A stretch of 64,000 bases of DNA from an uncultured Gammaproteobacteria bacterium (lineage in GTDB: Bacteria > Pseudomonadota > Gammaproteobacteria > Steroidobacterales > Rariloculaceae). Location of the stretch: positions 517,850 to 581,849 of the forward strand of contig CAVUKQ010000014.1 of the NCBI GenBank assembly GCA_963742115.1. Direction: 5' to 3'. Positions within the stretch are counted from its first letter, which is position 1. Each line of letters begins with the position of its first letter. A program made the translations under genes and the position numbers. The notes under the pieces are model-generated. The model searched no databases. It was given only the letters and a program-made list of their open reading frames with translations, and was not told the origin of the DNA. Positions 20,093 to 29,422 of the stretch are shown in pieces.

Positions 20093-20969
20093 ATGATCGC
20101 CCGGCGTCTCTCACTCGCTTCGTCCGTTGCGACCGGCATCGCGATCGCGAGCCTCGCGACCGCGGGCTCTCTGTTCGCCCAAAACGTGCCGGCGCCCCAC
20201 GCCAGGCGTGTCGCCCTCGCAACCAGCGCCGGACCCGGCGCTAACCGCCGTTCCGGCCGGGCCGACGCCGCCGCAGTTCCAAGTCGAGATCTTGATCTTT
20301 GCGTACCGCGAGTTCGACCGCGGCGAAGAGCAGTTTGCGCATGAGCAAGACGGCGCGACGTCGGCTGGGCCGCAAGAGCTGCGCGCCCCGCCCGTGTTCG
20401 ACGACTCGAACTTCGGGCCGCTCGCGCAAGATCCGCCGCGCGCGGGCGAATCTGCGCCATTCGGCGCAGACGCGGCAGCACCCGCGCCGGACGCGCTCGC
20501 CGCCGAGCAAAACGAATTTCGATTTCGGCTGCTGCGACCCGAGGAGCTGCAGCTCACGGCTCAGTACCGCACGCTCGAACGCAACTCGCAGGCCTACGTG
20601 CCGCTGTTGCATGCCGGTTGGGTCCAGCCCGGCCTACCCGAGAACGACGCGCGGCCGTTCGACCTCGCGTTGCTCGGCACGACCAATCCGATGGGCTCGA
20701 TCAGGCTTTACTTGAGCCGCTTCCTACACGTCAAGCTCGACCTGAGCTATCGGGACTCGCAGGCCGCGGCGCCCGGGGCGGCGGCGCTCGCGAGCGAGCT
20801 CGCAGAGCTGCCGATCACGCCGCGCTATCACCTCGTGGCGGACCGGCCGACTCGCAGCGGCGAATTGCACTACTTCGACCATCCGGCGTTCGGGGTGCTG
20901 ATCAAAGTGACGCCGGTCCGGCCGGAGCAAACTTCGCCCGGCACGCCCGGCACGCGGCCGGCCGCGTAA
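20093..20969 (+). CDS. CsiV-like (DUF2803-type) periplasmic protein; one frame break after the signal peptide
   Basis: Signal peptide MIARRLSLASSVATGIAIASLATAGSLFAQ is in one frame. The body (..FQVEILIFAYREF...ELHYFDHPAFGVLIKVTP) is in ORF 20127..20969. The join lies somewhere in 20170..20270. Family assignment is from remembered motifs and the position downstream of mfd, so it is moderate. Confidence 0.55.
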
Positions 20970-21009
20970 GACCGAAGAGATCGGGATTGCGCACGCCCGT
21001 GCGGCGCTG

Positions 21010-21999
21010 CTAGGACGCGGCGCGCGAAGAATCGGCCTCTTCGAGCTTGGTGGCGCGCAAGCCCGCGAGCGAGCGCACGACCATCGCCTCCACGTCGTCG
21101 CTCGAGCCCGGCGGGCAGCCGATCACCGCCGCGCGGATCACGACGTAGCGACCCGACTTCGCGCGCGGATTGTGCAGACCGAGCTTGCGGACGTTCTCGG
21201 TGATCTGATCAGCGAGCCGCTGCGCTTCGTTTGCATCCTGACCGAGCACGGCGGAGACGAGCGCGGATTCGTCGTAGCGCGCGCACAAGTCGCCCGCGCG
21301 TTTCAACACGCGCGTGACTTGCGCGCCGATCATGCGCTGGCAAGAGTCCGCGGCCTTCGAGCCGAACACCTCGCGATACGCGTCGAACTCGACGATCTCG
21401 AACACGAGCAAGGTGACGAAACGCCCCTCGCGGCGCGCGATGCCGAGATCGCGGCGCAGCAGCTCCTGAAAATAGCCGAAGCGCAGCAGCCCGGTGGCGG
21501 GATCGACGCGATCGAGATTCGCGATCTTCTGCCGCGCACGGCCGAGCTCGCGCTGCAGCAGCGTCACCTCGACGTCCGGCTGACCCGCACCCTCGCCGCT
21601 CGCGTTGTCGACCGGCTTCTGTCTGCAGAGGAAATATTTGAGCTCGCCGCGGGCGTTGTAGACGGGCTCGACGCTGACTCGGCTGATCCACGACGTGCCG
21701 TCCTTGCGCAGGTCGGGCAACGTCACTTGGCAGGCTTCGGAACGGCCGATCGCAGCCTTGAGTCGTTCCAACTCCGGCTGTCCTTCGCCGTCACGCTTCA
21801 CGAGCGGCCAGCTCAAGCCCGTGAGCTCTTCCGCCGAGTAGCCCGTCAGATCCTCGTACGCGGGGTTCGCATACACGATCGGCAGGTTCGGGTTCTGAGC
21901 GTCAGCAAGCAAGATGCCTTCGGAGCTGAGCGTGACCATCTGCTCCAAGGTATGGCGGCTCAGGGATTTGACGCTGCGGGCGTCCCTGCCGGTTTGCAT
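21010..21999 (-). CDS. PAS domain protein with a degenerate GGDEF domain (RxxD I-site retained)
   Basis: The N-terminus is PAS-like (ILLADAQNPNLPIVYANPAYEDLTGYSAEEL..). The C-terminal GGDEF fold has ARYDESALV where RYGGDEF is expected, and RAGD lies 5 residues upstream. Confidence 0.8.
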   Translation of the reverse strand: MQTGRDARSVKSLSRHTLEQMVTLSSEGILLADAQNPNLPIVYANPAYEDLTGYSAEELTGLSWPLVKRDGEGQPELERLKAAIGRSEACQVTLPDLRKDGTSWISRVSVEPVYNARGELKYFLCRQKPVDNASGEGAGQPDVEVTLLQRELGRARQKIANLDRVDPATGLLRFGYFQELLRRDLGIARREGRFVTLLVFEIVEFDAYREVFGSKAADSCQRMIGAQVTRVLKRAGDLCARYDESALVSAVLGQDANEAQRLADQITENVRKLGLHNPRAKSGRYVVIRAAVIGCPPGSSDDVEAMVVRSLAGLRATKLEEADSSRAAS

Positions 22000-22044
22000 G
22001 TCGATTATGTTCGAGCACGCGCCGCGCGGGGTCTATGAAGCGCA

Positions 22045-22810
22045 TCACAATGTTTCCGCAGCGGAATCCGCTTCCGGCTCGGTGCCGAGCCGCAGCAGGA
22101 CCGTGGCGACGCGCTGCAGGCCCGAATCGAGGCACCGTTCGACCTGAGCGTCGATCGGTCGCCCGTCCGGCGCGCGGCCCGCGGCGTAGTTCACCGCGAG
22201 TGCGCAGATCGCATAGTCGATGCCTAGCTCGCGCGCCAGGACGGCCTCGGGCATGGCGGTCATTCCGACCATCGCGCACCCGTCGCGCGCGAGCCGATCG
22301 ATCTCAGCCGCGGTCTCGAGGCGCGGCCCCTGCGTCACGCCATAGACGCCGCGCCGCTGGCCGAACCCGCAGTCGGCGACCGCCGCGGCGAGCCGGCCGC
22401 GTAGGACCGGTGCGAACGGCTCGGTGAACTCCGTATGCACGACGGCGGCGCCGTCGCCGCCGTAGGTGCTCGCACGACCCGACGTGTAGTCGATGATCTG
22501 ATCGGGCACCGCGAGATCGCCCGGCGCGAAGCCAGGCGCAATCGCGCCGACCGTGTTGATGCCGATGCAGCGCCGCACGCCGCGCTGTCTGTAGCGCCCA
22601 GAGGTTCGCACGATAGTTGATTTCGTGCGGCGCGAGCGCGTGATTCTCGCCGTGTCGCGCGATGCACGCGACGCGGCGCGCGCCGAGCGCGACCGTGAGC
22701 ACCGCGCTGCTCGGCGCACCGTACGGCGTTTTCGTCGGGCTTCGGGCGACGGTCGCGAGCCCGAGCTTCTCGAACCCGCTGCCGACGATCAACGCGAGCG
22801 TCTCATCCAC
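22045..22810 (-). CDS. mtnP: S-methyl-5'-thioadenosine phosphorylase (MTAP/MtnP family); one frame break
   Basis: The N-terminus [13 protein letters not shown]...[24 protein letters not shown] is in ORF 22304..23005. The C-terminus [14 protein letters not shown]...[17 protein letters not shown] is in ORF 22045..22719. The join is near 22590. The GTG start at 22810 overlaps the hpt stop. Confidence 0.8.
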
Positions 22811-23384
22811 GGCCAGGCACGTGCCGCGAATCGAGCGCGTAGAGCGCGGACAGCCCGCGCCAGTGGCCGCGGTAGTCCATGCCGCAACCGAATACGTAGA
22901 GATCGTCGACTTCGACGCCGACGAAGTCGACCTTGGGGCGCCTGCGCCGGCCCGGCACTCTCTTCGCGACGAGCACCGCGGTGTGCTGCGCGGCGACGCC
23001 GACACGTTTCAGCTCGGCGTGCAGCGCGCGCAGCGTATCGCCGCGATCGAGAATGTCGTCGACGACGAGCACGGTGCGCCCCGCGAGGTTCTCGCTCGGC
23101 CGCACACGCCACTCGATCGCGCCGCCCCGAGTGCCATTCGCGTAGCGCGTGAGGTGCACGTAGTCGAACTCGTGCGGAAAACGAAACCGCTTGCAGAGCT
23201 CGACGGCAGCGAACACGCCGCCGTGCATCACGGCGAGCACGACGGGAATCCGGCCCGCGAGCCGCGCGTCGATCTCGCCGGCCATGCGCCGCAAAGCGCG
23301 CGCGACATCGCGCGCGGAGCGTACCCGCGTCGCGCTGCGCATCGCCGTCAGCGCGTCGTGCTCGACGGCCGTGGCTTGCCCCAC
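22803..23384 (-). CDS. hpt: hypoxanthine/guanine phosphoribosyltransferase family protein
   Basis: 193 aa with the PRPP-binding motif [14 protein letters not shown]. The GTG start lies 3 nt after the nagZ stop. Confidence 0.8.
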   Translation of the reverse strand: MGQATAVEHDALTAMRSATRVRSARDVARALRRMAGEIDARLAGRIPVVLAVMHGGVFAAVELCKRFRFPHEFDYVHLTRYANGTRGGAIEWRVRPSENLAGRTVLVVDDILDRGDTLRALHAELKRVGVAAQHTAVLVAKRVPGRRRRPKVDFVGVEVDDLYVFGCGMDYRGHWRGLSALYALDSRHVPGRG

Positions 23385-23387
23385 CGC

Positions 23388-24431
23388 TCAGCCTTCGAGC
23401 TCGAGCGCGGGACGCGCGCACAACGGCGCGATCGCGGCCTGCGCTTTGCGCCACTCGGCGGACGCGTGCAACGCGTCCCACGCAAGACCGCCTCTCCCGT
23501 GCAAGCGCGTGAGCCGCAGCTGCGCAGACGGATTGACGTAGCCTTTCATGGCGTCGAGCACGCCGGGGACGGCCTCCGGCGAGTTGCAGAGCAGCACGAG
23601 ATCGCAACCCGCGTCGAGCGCTCGCCGCACGCGCTCCTCGACCGGCCCGACGACCGCGGCGCCGACCATGCTCACGTCGTCGGTGATCACGGCGCCCGAG
23701 AACCCGAGCGCACCCCGCAACCGATCTTCGATCCACCACTTCGAAAGGCTCGCGGGCGTCTCGTCCACGCGCGGGAAGCTCACGTGCGCGATCATCACGG
23801 CGTGCAAGCCATTGGCGATGAGCTCGCGGTACGGCAGCAGGTCGTCGGCCAGCTCCTCGTACTCGCGGCGGTCCACCGCGAACTCCGTGTGCGAGTCGCT
23901 GCGGGCGCCCGCGTGCGTAGGGAAGTGCTTCGCCGTGGTCGCCATGCCGGCCCGTTTCGCGCCCGCGGCGATGCGGCGCGCGAGCGCCGCGACGACACGC
24001 GCCTCCGCGTGCAGCGCGCGGTCACCGATCACCTCGGACAGTCCGAGATCGAGGTCGACGCACGGCGTGAAGCTCATGTCGATGCCGACGGCCCGCAGCT
24101 CCGCGGCCATGAGCCAACCGAACGACGCGGCGGTCTTGAGCGCGGCGGCCGGGTCCTCGTCGTACAACCGGCCGAGCGCACGGAACGGCGGCAGGCGGAA
24201 GAACGGCTCGCGAAAGCGCTGCACGCGGCCGCCCTCATGATCCACGGTGACGAGCAGCGGCGGCTGGCGGATTCCGTGCAGGTCCGCGACGAGCTGCGTG
24301 AGCTGCTCGCGGCTCTCGAAATTGCGCGTGAACAGGATTACGCCGCCGACGAGCGGCGACGCGAGCCACTCGCGCTCGTCCGCCTCGATCGCGGTACCTC
24401 GCAGGTCGATCATCAGTGGGCCGAGCGACAC
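23388..24431 (-). CDS. nagZ: beta-N-acetylhexosaminidase NagZ (peptidoglycan recycling)
   Basis: 347 aa starting VSLGPLMIDLRG with GGAG 5 nt upstream. GH3 motifs VDHEGGRVQRF, KHFPTHAG and ITDDVSM are present. The 668-aa ORF in the track is upstream read-through. Confidence 0.9.
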   Translation of the reverse strand: MSLGPLMIDLRGTAIEADEREWLASPLVGGVILFTRNFESREQLTQLVADLHGIRQPPLLVTVDHEGGRVQRFREPFFRLPPFRALGRLYDEDPAAALKTAASFGWLMAAELRAVGIDMSFTPCVDLDLGLSEVIGDRALHAEARVVAALARRIAAGAKRAGMATTAKHFPTHAGARSDSHTEFAVDRREYEELADDLLPYRELIANGLHAVMIAHVSFPRVDETPASLSKWWIEDRLRGALGFSGAVITDDVSMVGAAVVGPVEERVRRALDAGCDLVLLCNSPEAVPGVLDAMKGYVNPSAQLRLTRLHGRGGLAWDALHASAEWRKAQAAIAPLCARPALELEG

Positions 24432-24465
24432 GGTAGCTCCTCGAGCTCGAACGAACGCGCGTATG

Positions 24466-24956
24466 TTACGCGATCTCGACGCGGGTTCCGGCGGGAACGA
24501 GGTCGAACAGCTCGACAAGAGCTCCGTTACCCATCCGCACGCAGCCGATCGATCCCGGCACGCCGAGCACGCGTCGAATCCGGCGTACCGTGGATGTAGA
24601 TGTAGCGGCGCATGGTGTCGACGTCGCCGCGGCGATTCTTGCCGACCTCGGTGCCCGACAGCCAAAGGATCCTCGTGAGGATCCAATCGCTTCCGGGACG
24701 CGCACGCGCGAGCTCCTCGGAGTAGATCTCGCCCGTCGGCCGGCGGCCGCGGAACACGGCTCCGAGCGGCGCACCAGCGCCGATCTTCGCCCGGATCACG
24801 TGCCGGCCGCGCGGCGTCTTGAACGTGTCGCGGACCTCGCCCGCGACCATGCTTCGAGGTGGATACGGGCCAGCTCCGGTAGAGCTCCGTGCCGCTAAAC
24901 AGGTCGAGCCGCTGAGCCGCAAGGCTGATCGCGACGCTGAACGGGGCGGCGCTCAT
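24466..24956 (-). CDS. YkuD-fold L,D-transpeptidase family protein without signal peptide; two frame breaks
   Basis: The sequence runs through three frames: MSAAPFSVAISLAAQRLDLFSGTELYRSWPVSTSKHG, then AGEVRDTFKTPRGRHVIRAKIG...YIYIHGTPDST, then VLGVPGSIGCVRMGNGALVELFDLVPAGTRVEIA (catalytic SxGCxRM). Breaks are near 24848 and 24575. Its ATG overlaps the CYTH stop (ATGA). Confidence 0.7.
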
Positions 24957-25438
24957 GGGTTGCGCTCCTGCTCGCTCCACGCGCGATACGGATGCCCCAC
25001 CAGGTTCACATTGTAATAACGCGCGAGATGCGTGACCTCGGCGCCGATCCAGTCGGGCCGCGGGAATGCCTGACCCACGAAGTCGAGCTCGAGCTCCGCG
25101 ACGACGAGCCCGATGTTGTCGCCGTGGAACTCGTCCACCTCCCACTCGAACCCGCCGTGCGGCACGAAGTGGCGGGTCTTGTCGATCAGCGGACCCATGC
25201 TGAGCGCGAGCAGCTCGCGCGCGTCGTCGAGCGGGATCGCGTACTCGTACTCCAGGCGCGACGCGGCGATGCCGCCCGATTTGATGTTGAGCGCCGCTTG
25301 CGCACCTGCGATCCGCACGCGCACCGACGCGCGGTCGCTGCCCGCGACATACCCCTGGCTCATGCGCTCGCTCCGCGCCGCGGCCGCGCGCCACGCGTCG
25401 TTCTTGAGCAGGAACTTGCGTTCTATCTCGCGCGGCAT
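24953..25438 (-). CDS. CYTH domain protein (class IV adenylate cyclase / triphosphate tunnel metalloenzyme family)
   Basis: 161 aa with the N-terminal EIERKFLL signature (ExExK) and later acidic strands (FEWEVDEF, VVAELEL). Confidence 0.8.
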   Translation of the reverse strand: MPREIERKFLLKNDAWRAAAARSERMSQGYVAGSDRASVRVRIAGAQAALNIKSGGIAASRLEYEYAIPLDDARELLALSMGPLIDKTRHFVPHGGFEWEVDEFHGDNIGLVVAELELDFVGQAFPRPDWIGAEVTHLARYYNVNLVGHPYRAWSEQERNP

Positions 25439-25445
25439 CGCTGCG

Positions 25446-28031
25446 TCAGCCGCCGTGGGCGCGGAGCCACGAGTCGAGCTCGGGCAGGCGCTCGGCGCGA
25501 ATCATCAGCCGCTCGGCCAGCCGCAGGTATTGCGCCTCGGAGACACGGCGCACGTCGCTCGGCACGTCGCGATCGATATAGGCGCGCAGGTCGCGCTGCA
25601 GCGAGGCGTCGTGGCCGCCGCCCGCCAGGCGTGCGAAAAAGCTCAGCGCGCCGAGCGGATCGAGCCGCGGCACGAGCTCCGCGCGATGCGCCGCCGCGAA
25701 GTCCCAAGCCAAGCGCGGGTGCAAGACGCCGGCGTCCGCCACCATGTCGGGCCCGAGCACGAACGGCACTGCGGGATCGAGCGCAAGCTCGAGGGCGCGG
25801 GCGGCAAGGCCGGGGTCGCGTGCGTGCGCGAGCGCACGATAGAGGTAGCTCGAGTCCAACGTGTCGGTCGCGGCGCGCGCGCGCGCGAGCAACGCGTCGA
25901 ACGTGGCCGCGTCGGCACCTCGTCCGGCCGCGTATAGGGTCTCCTCGCGCATCGCGCCCGGAATGGAGTCGCTCACGAACAGCCGCCGCGCTTCGGCCTC
26001 GACGCCCGGGTCAGCGAGTTGCGACAGTACGGCAACGAGGCGCTCGCGCAGAATCGCGTCGTTCGCAGCCTCGCCGCGGCGCTTCTCCCAACCGACACGC
26101 GTGAGCGCCGGTGCGAGCAGCGAGCGCCCGTACGCGCGCAGCGCATCGCGGCCCGGCAGGTCCGCGTAGAGCAGATCGGCCTCGGCGATCTCGCGCGCGA
26201 TCCATTCGAAGACGAGCGGGTCCGCATCGCTCGGGGCGCTCTGGACGAGATCATAGACCGCGGAATAAGGCACGAGGCCCGCGACGCCGAGAGCGCGCGC
26301 GTCGTACAGGAGGCCGAGCTGGTCCGCGGCCGAAAGACGCGCGAAGCTCGCGGCGATCTCGGCCAACGCCGCGTGCGGATAGTAGGTTCTGTAGTACCCC
26401 GCTTGGGACGGATTGACGACGACGGCGCCGCAGCCGCGCAGCGTCAACGTCGCCGAGCCGTGGTCGTCCGTGACCGCGGCGCCGGCGCCGCCGCCGACCG
26501 TCGCCGCCGTGACGGGCACATGCCAGAGGAGCGGCGCGCGCGAAGCCTCGTCCAGCGCGAAACGACTCTGCATGACGGACACGGTGCGCTCGCCGCGCGC
26601 GCACTCGCCGGGCTCCACGCTGACGAGCGGCACGCCGGCGCGGAACGTAAAATCTTCCGCGATGGCGCGCATCGGCCTTCCCGAAGCCGTTTCGATCGCG
26701 TCCCAGAGCTCCATGCTGTCGGCGTTGCGGTACGCGTGCGCGCGGACGTAAGCACGGATGCCGTCGCGAAACCGCTCGGCACCCACGTACTCCTCGATCA
26801 TTCGAATCACCGCGCGCCCCTTCTCGTAGGTGATTCGGTCGAACGCGCCGTTGGCCTGGTCCGTCGTGTCGATCCGCTGCGACACGGGATGACCCGTCGC
26901 ACGCGCGTCGAGCCCCATCGCCTCCTGGCTCTGCCGCTGACCCCGCATCCACGGGTTCCAATCCGGATGAAAGCGCTCCGCTGCCTTACGCTCCATCCAC
27001 GCGGCGAACCCCTCGTTGAGCCAGAGGTCGTCCCACCACTTCGGCGTGACGAGGTCGCCGAACCACTGATGAGCCATCTCGTGCGCGACGACGATGAACA
27101 CGCTTTGCCGATCGCTCTCGGAGGACAACGCGGGATCGATCAGCAGCGCCTCCTCGAAGTACAAGATCGCTCCCCAGTTCTCCATGGCGCTGAAGCCGCC
27201 GCCGCCCGGAACCGCGACGAGGTCGAGCTTCGGCAACGGATAGCGCACGCCGAAGTAGTCGTTGTAATAGCGGAGCAGCTGCACGGCGCTGTCGAGCGCG
27301 AAGCGCCCGTCCTCGGCGTCGCCGCGCTTCGCGACCACACCTATCTCCACACCGTCTACCTTCGTGGTGATCCGCTCGAGGTCGCCGACGCCGAGGAATA
27401 GGAGGTAGGACGAGATCTTCGGGGTCGGCGCGAAGCGTACCCGCTTCAGCGACTCCGAGATTCTGTCGACGCCGGCCTCCGGCATGTTGGACACCGCGCT
27501 GCGGTCCTGCGGCACGACCGCGGAGATCTCCCACACGGCCTTCATGTCGGGCTGATCGAACGACGGGACGAACCGGCGCGCCTCGGCGATCTCGAACTGC
27601 GTCGCGAGGATGCGCTCGGTCCCATGATCCGACGGATAGTCGTACGCGAACAACGCCTGCGCGGTGCGATAGATCTTGCCGCGATAGGTAATCGCCAGCG
27701 AGTGGCGGCCGGCACTCACCGGCTCCGGGAACGTGAGCCGGGCCGTCTGCGCCGTTTCGTCGAACGCTACGTCGGGCTGTCCGCCGCCGTCGAGCGTCAC
27801 GTCGTCGAAGGTGAGCTCGAGCGCGTTGATGGCGATCACGTTCGTCGGCTCCGTCACCTCGATGTCGATGCGGACCTCGCCCGACAGCGTGAGCGTCGGC
27901 GCATCCGGAGTCACGGTCAGCTGGTACCGAGTCGGCACGACCGAGGTGCCGAGCACCTGGCGCTGCGTTTCCTGACCGGATGCCGAAAGCGCAAGCGCTG
28001 CCGCGAGCGCCGCTGTGACGGTGAGCTTCAT
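25446..28031 (-). CDS. M1-family aminopeptidase (aminopeptidase N-like), exported
   Basis: ATG at 28031 has GAGGA upstream. The signal peptide is MKLTVTAALAAALALSASGQ. It has the exopeptidase motif SAMENWG and the zinc site HEMAHQWFGD...WLNEGFA. The region upstream of 28031 in the ORF track is not coding. Confidence 0.85.
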   Translation of the reverse strand: MKLTVTAALAAALALSASGQETQRQVLGTSVVPTRYQLTVTPDAPTLTLSGEVRIDIEVTEPTNVIAINALELTFDDVTLDGGGQPDVAFDETAQTARLTFPEPVSAGRHSLAITYRGKIYRTAQALFAYDYPSDHGTERILATQFEIAEARRFVPSFDQPDMKAVWEISAVVPQDRSAVSNMPEAGVDRISESLKRVRFAPTPKISSYLLFLGVGDLERITTKVDGVEIGVVAKRGDAEDGRFALDSAVQLLRYYNDYFGVRYPLPKLDLVAVPGGGGFSAMENWGAILYFEEALLIDPALSSESDRQSVFIVVAHEMAHQWFGDLVTPKWWDDLWLNEGFAAWMERKAAERFHPDWNPWMRGQRQSQEAMGLDARATGHPVSQRIDTTDQANGAFDRITYEKGRAVIRMIEEYVGAERFRDGIRAYVRAHAYRNADSMELWDAIETASGRPMRAIAEDFTFRAGVPLVSVEPGECARGERTVSVMQSRFALDEASRAPLLWHVPVTAATVGGGAGAAVTDDHGSATLTLRGCGAVVVNPSQAGYYRTYYPHAALAEIAASFARLSAADQLGLLYDARALGVAGLVPYSAVYDLVQSAPSDADPLVFEWIAREIAEADLLYADLPGRDALRAYGRSLLAPALTRVGWEKRRGEAANDAILRERLVAVLSQLADPGVEAEARRLFVSDSIPGAMREETLYAAGRGADAATFDALLARARAATDTLDSSYLYRALAHARDPGLAARALELALDPAVPFVLGPDMVADAGVLHPRLAWDFAAAHRAELVPRLDPLGALSFFARLAGGGHDASLQRDLRAYIDRDVPSDVRRVSEAQYLRLAERLMIRAERLPELDSWLRAHGG

Positions 28032-28120
28032 GACGATCCTCGCCGGCGGAATAGTACTTTCAAAATCGCCATCGTGCGAATTCCGCCGGCGCGAATCCGC
28101 TGCGCTTCTGCGCGGTCGGA

Positions 28121-29422
28121 TCAGCGGCGCTCGAACAGCGCGAGGGCCTCGACGTGATGCGTGTGCGGGAACATGTCGAACACCCGGACGGTTCGCAGTC
28201 GATACCCGTGCCGCTCCACGAGCACCTGCGCGTCGCGCGCGAGCGTCGCGGGATGGCACGACACGTAGACGATGCGCCGCGGCGCGATCCGATCCATCTC
28301 TGCGACTGCCGCCTCGGCGCCGGTGCGCGGCGGATCGAGCACGACGACGTCGCGCGGCTCGCGGAAGAAGCTCCAGCCGGGCTGCATGAGATCTGCGGTG
28401 AGGAACCTCGTGTTCGCGATGCCGTTCAGCTCGGCGTTGCGCACGGCGCGCGCGACGAGCCCTGCCTCGCCTTCCACGCCCAGGAGCTCACGCGCGCGCT
28501 GCGCGAACGGCAGGCTGAAGTTGCCGAGGCCGCAGTATAGATCGAGCACGCTGTCCGACGGCTGCACGTCCGCGAGCCGGACGGCCGTCGCGACGAGCTC
28601 CGCGTTGACCTCGGCGTTCACCTGCACGAAGTCCGTCGGCTGGAACCGCAGCGTCACACCGAACTGCTCGAGCGAATAGCTCAGCGCGCGCGCGGCGCCG
28701 ATCGGCGCGATGGTGCCGGGCCCGCCCGGCTGCAGGTACATGTCGATGCCGTGCGCCGCGCCGAAGGCGGCGAACGATTCGATGTCCGCGGTGCTCGGTG
28801 TGTCGAGCACGCGGAGCACCAACGCGCTCGCTTGCGTTCCGACGGCGGCCTCGATCTGCGGCAGCCGCTCCTTGATGCTCGTGCCCGCGATCAGATCCGC
28901 GAGCGGCCCGAGCAGCGCGTCGAGCGGCGGCATCAGCACGGGGCAATGCGCCATGTCGGTGATATACGGCGCCGAGCGCTCGCGAAAACCGACGAGCACG
29001 CGCTCCTTGCCCGGCACGTATTTCACGCCGAGCCGCGCGCGCCGGCGGTAGCGCCACGGCCGACTCGCAAACGGCGGCAACCACTCCTCGGGTTCCACGC
29101 GGGCTATGCGCGTAAGCGCCTGCGCCACGACGCCTTGCTTGAACCGCACCTGGGCGTCGTGCGCAAGGTGCTGCAGCGCGCAGCCGCCGCAGCGCCCGAA
29201 GTACTCGCAACCCGGGCGTACGCGGTCCGGCGAAGGCTCGATGACGCGCACGAGCTCGGCCTCGAGCAGCTTGCGGCGGCGCTTGCGCAAGCGAATCTCG
29301 ACGGTCTCGCCCGGTAGCGCATCCGGCACGAACACGCGTCGGCCGTCGACATCCGCTACACCCTGGCAGTCGTGGGTGAGGTCGAGGATCTTGACGGCGA
29401 ACGGTGCGCCCTCAGTCCGCAT
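28121..29422 (-). CDS. rlmD: 23S rRNA (uracil1939-C5)-methyltransferase RlmD (RumA)
   Basis: It has a TRAM domain, the Fe-S cysteines CEYFGRCGGCALQH, the SAM motif LDLYCGLGNFSLP and the catalytic YVSCHPATLARD. Confidence 0.85.
   Translation of the reverse strand: MRTEGAPFAVKILDLTHDCQGVADVDGRRVFVPDALPGETVEIRLRKRRRKLLEAELVRVIEPSPDRVRPGCEYFGRCGGCALQHLAHDAQVRFKQGVVAQALTRIARVEPEEWLPPFASRPWRYRRRARLGVKYVPGKERVLVGFRERSAPYITDMAHCPVLMPPLDALLGPLADLIAGTSIKERLPQIEAAVGTQASALVLRVLDTPSTADIESFAAFGAAHGIDMYLQPGGPGTIAPIGAARALSYSLEQFGVTLRFQPTDFVQVNAEVNAELVATAVRLADVQPSDSVLDLYCGLGNFSLPFAQRARELLGVEGEAGLVARAVRNAELNGIANTRFLTADLMQPGWSFFREPRDVVVLDPPRTGAEAAVAEMDRIAPRRIVYVSCHPATLARDAQVLVERHGYRLRTVRVFDMFPHTHHVEALALFERR

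Noticed and set aside
23388-25394. A 668-aa ORF suggesting an extended or fused NagZ.
   Set aside because: Only the last 347 codons are NagZ, with a GTG at 24431 and an SD. The upstream part is the first segment of the YkuD gene followed by out-of-frame read-through.
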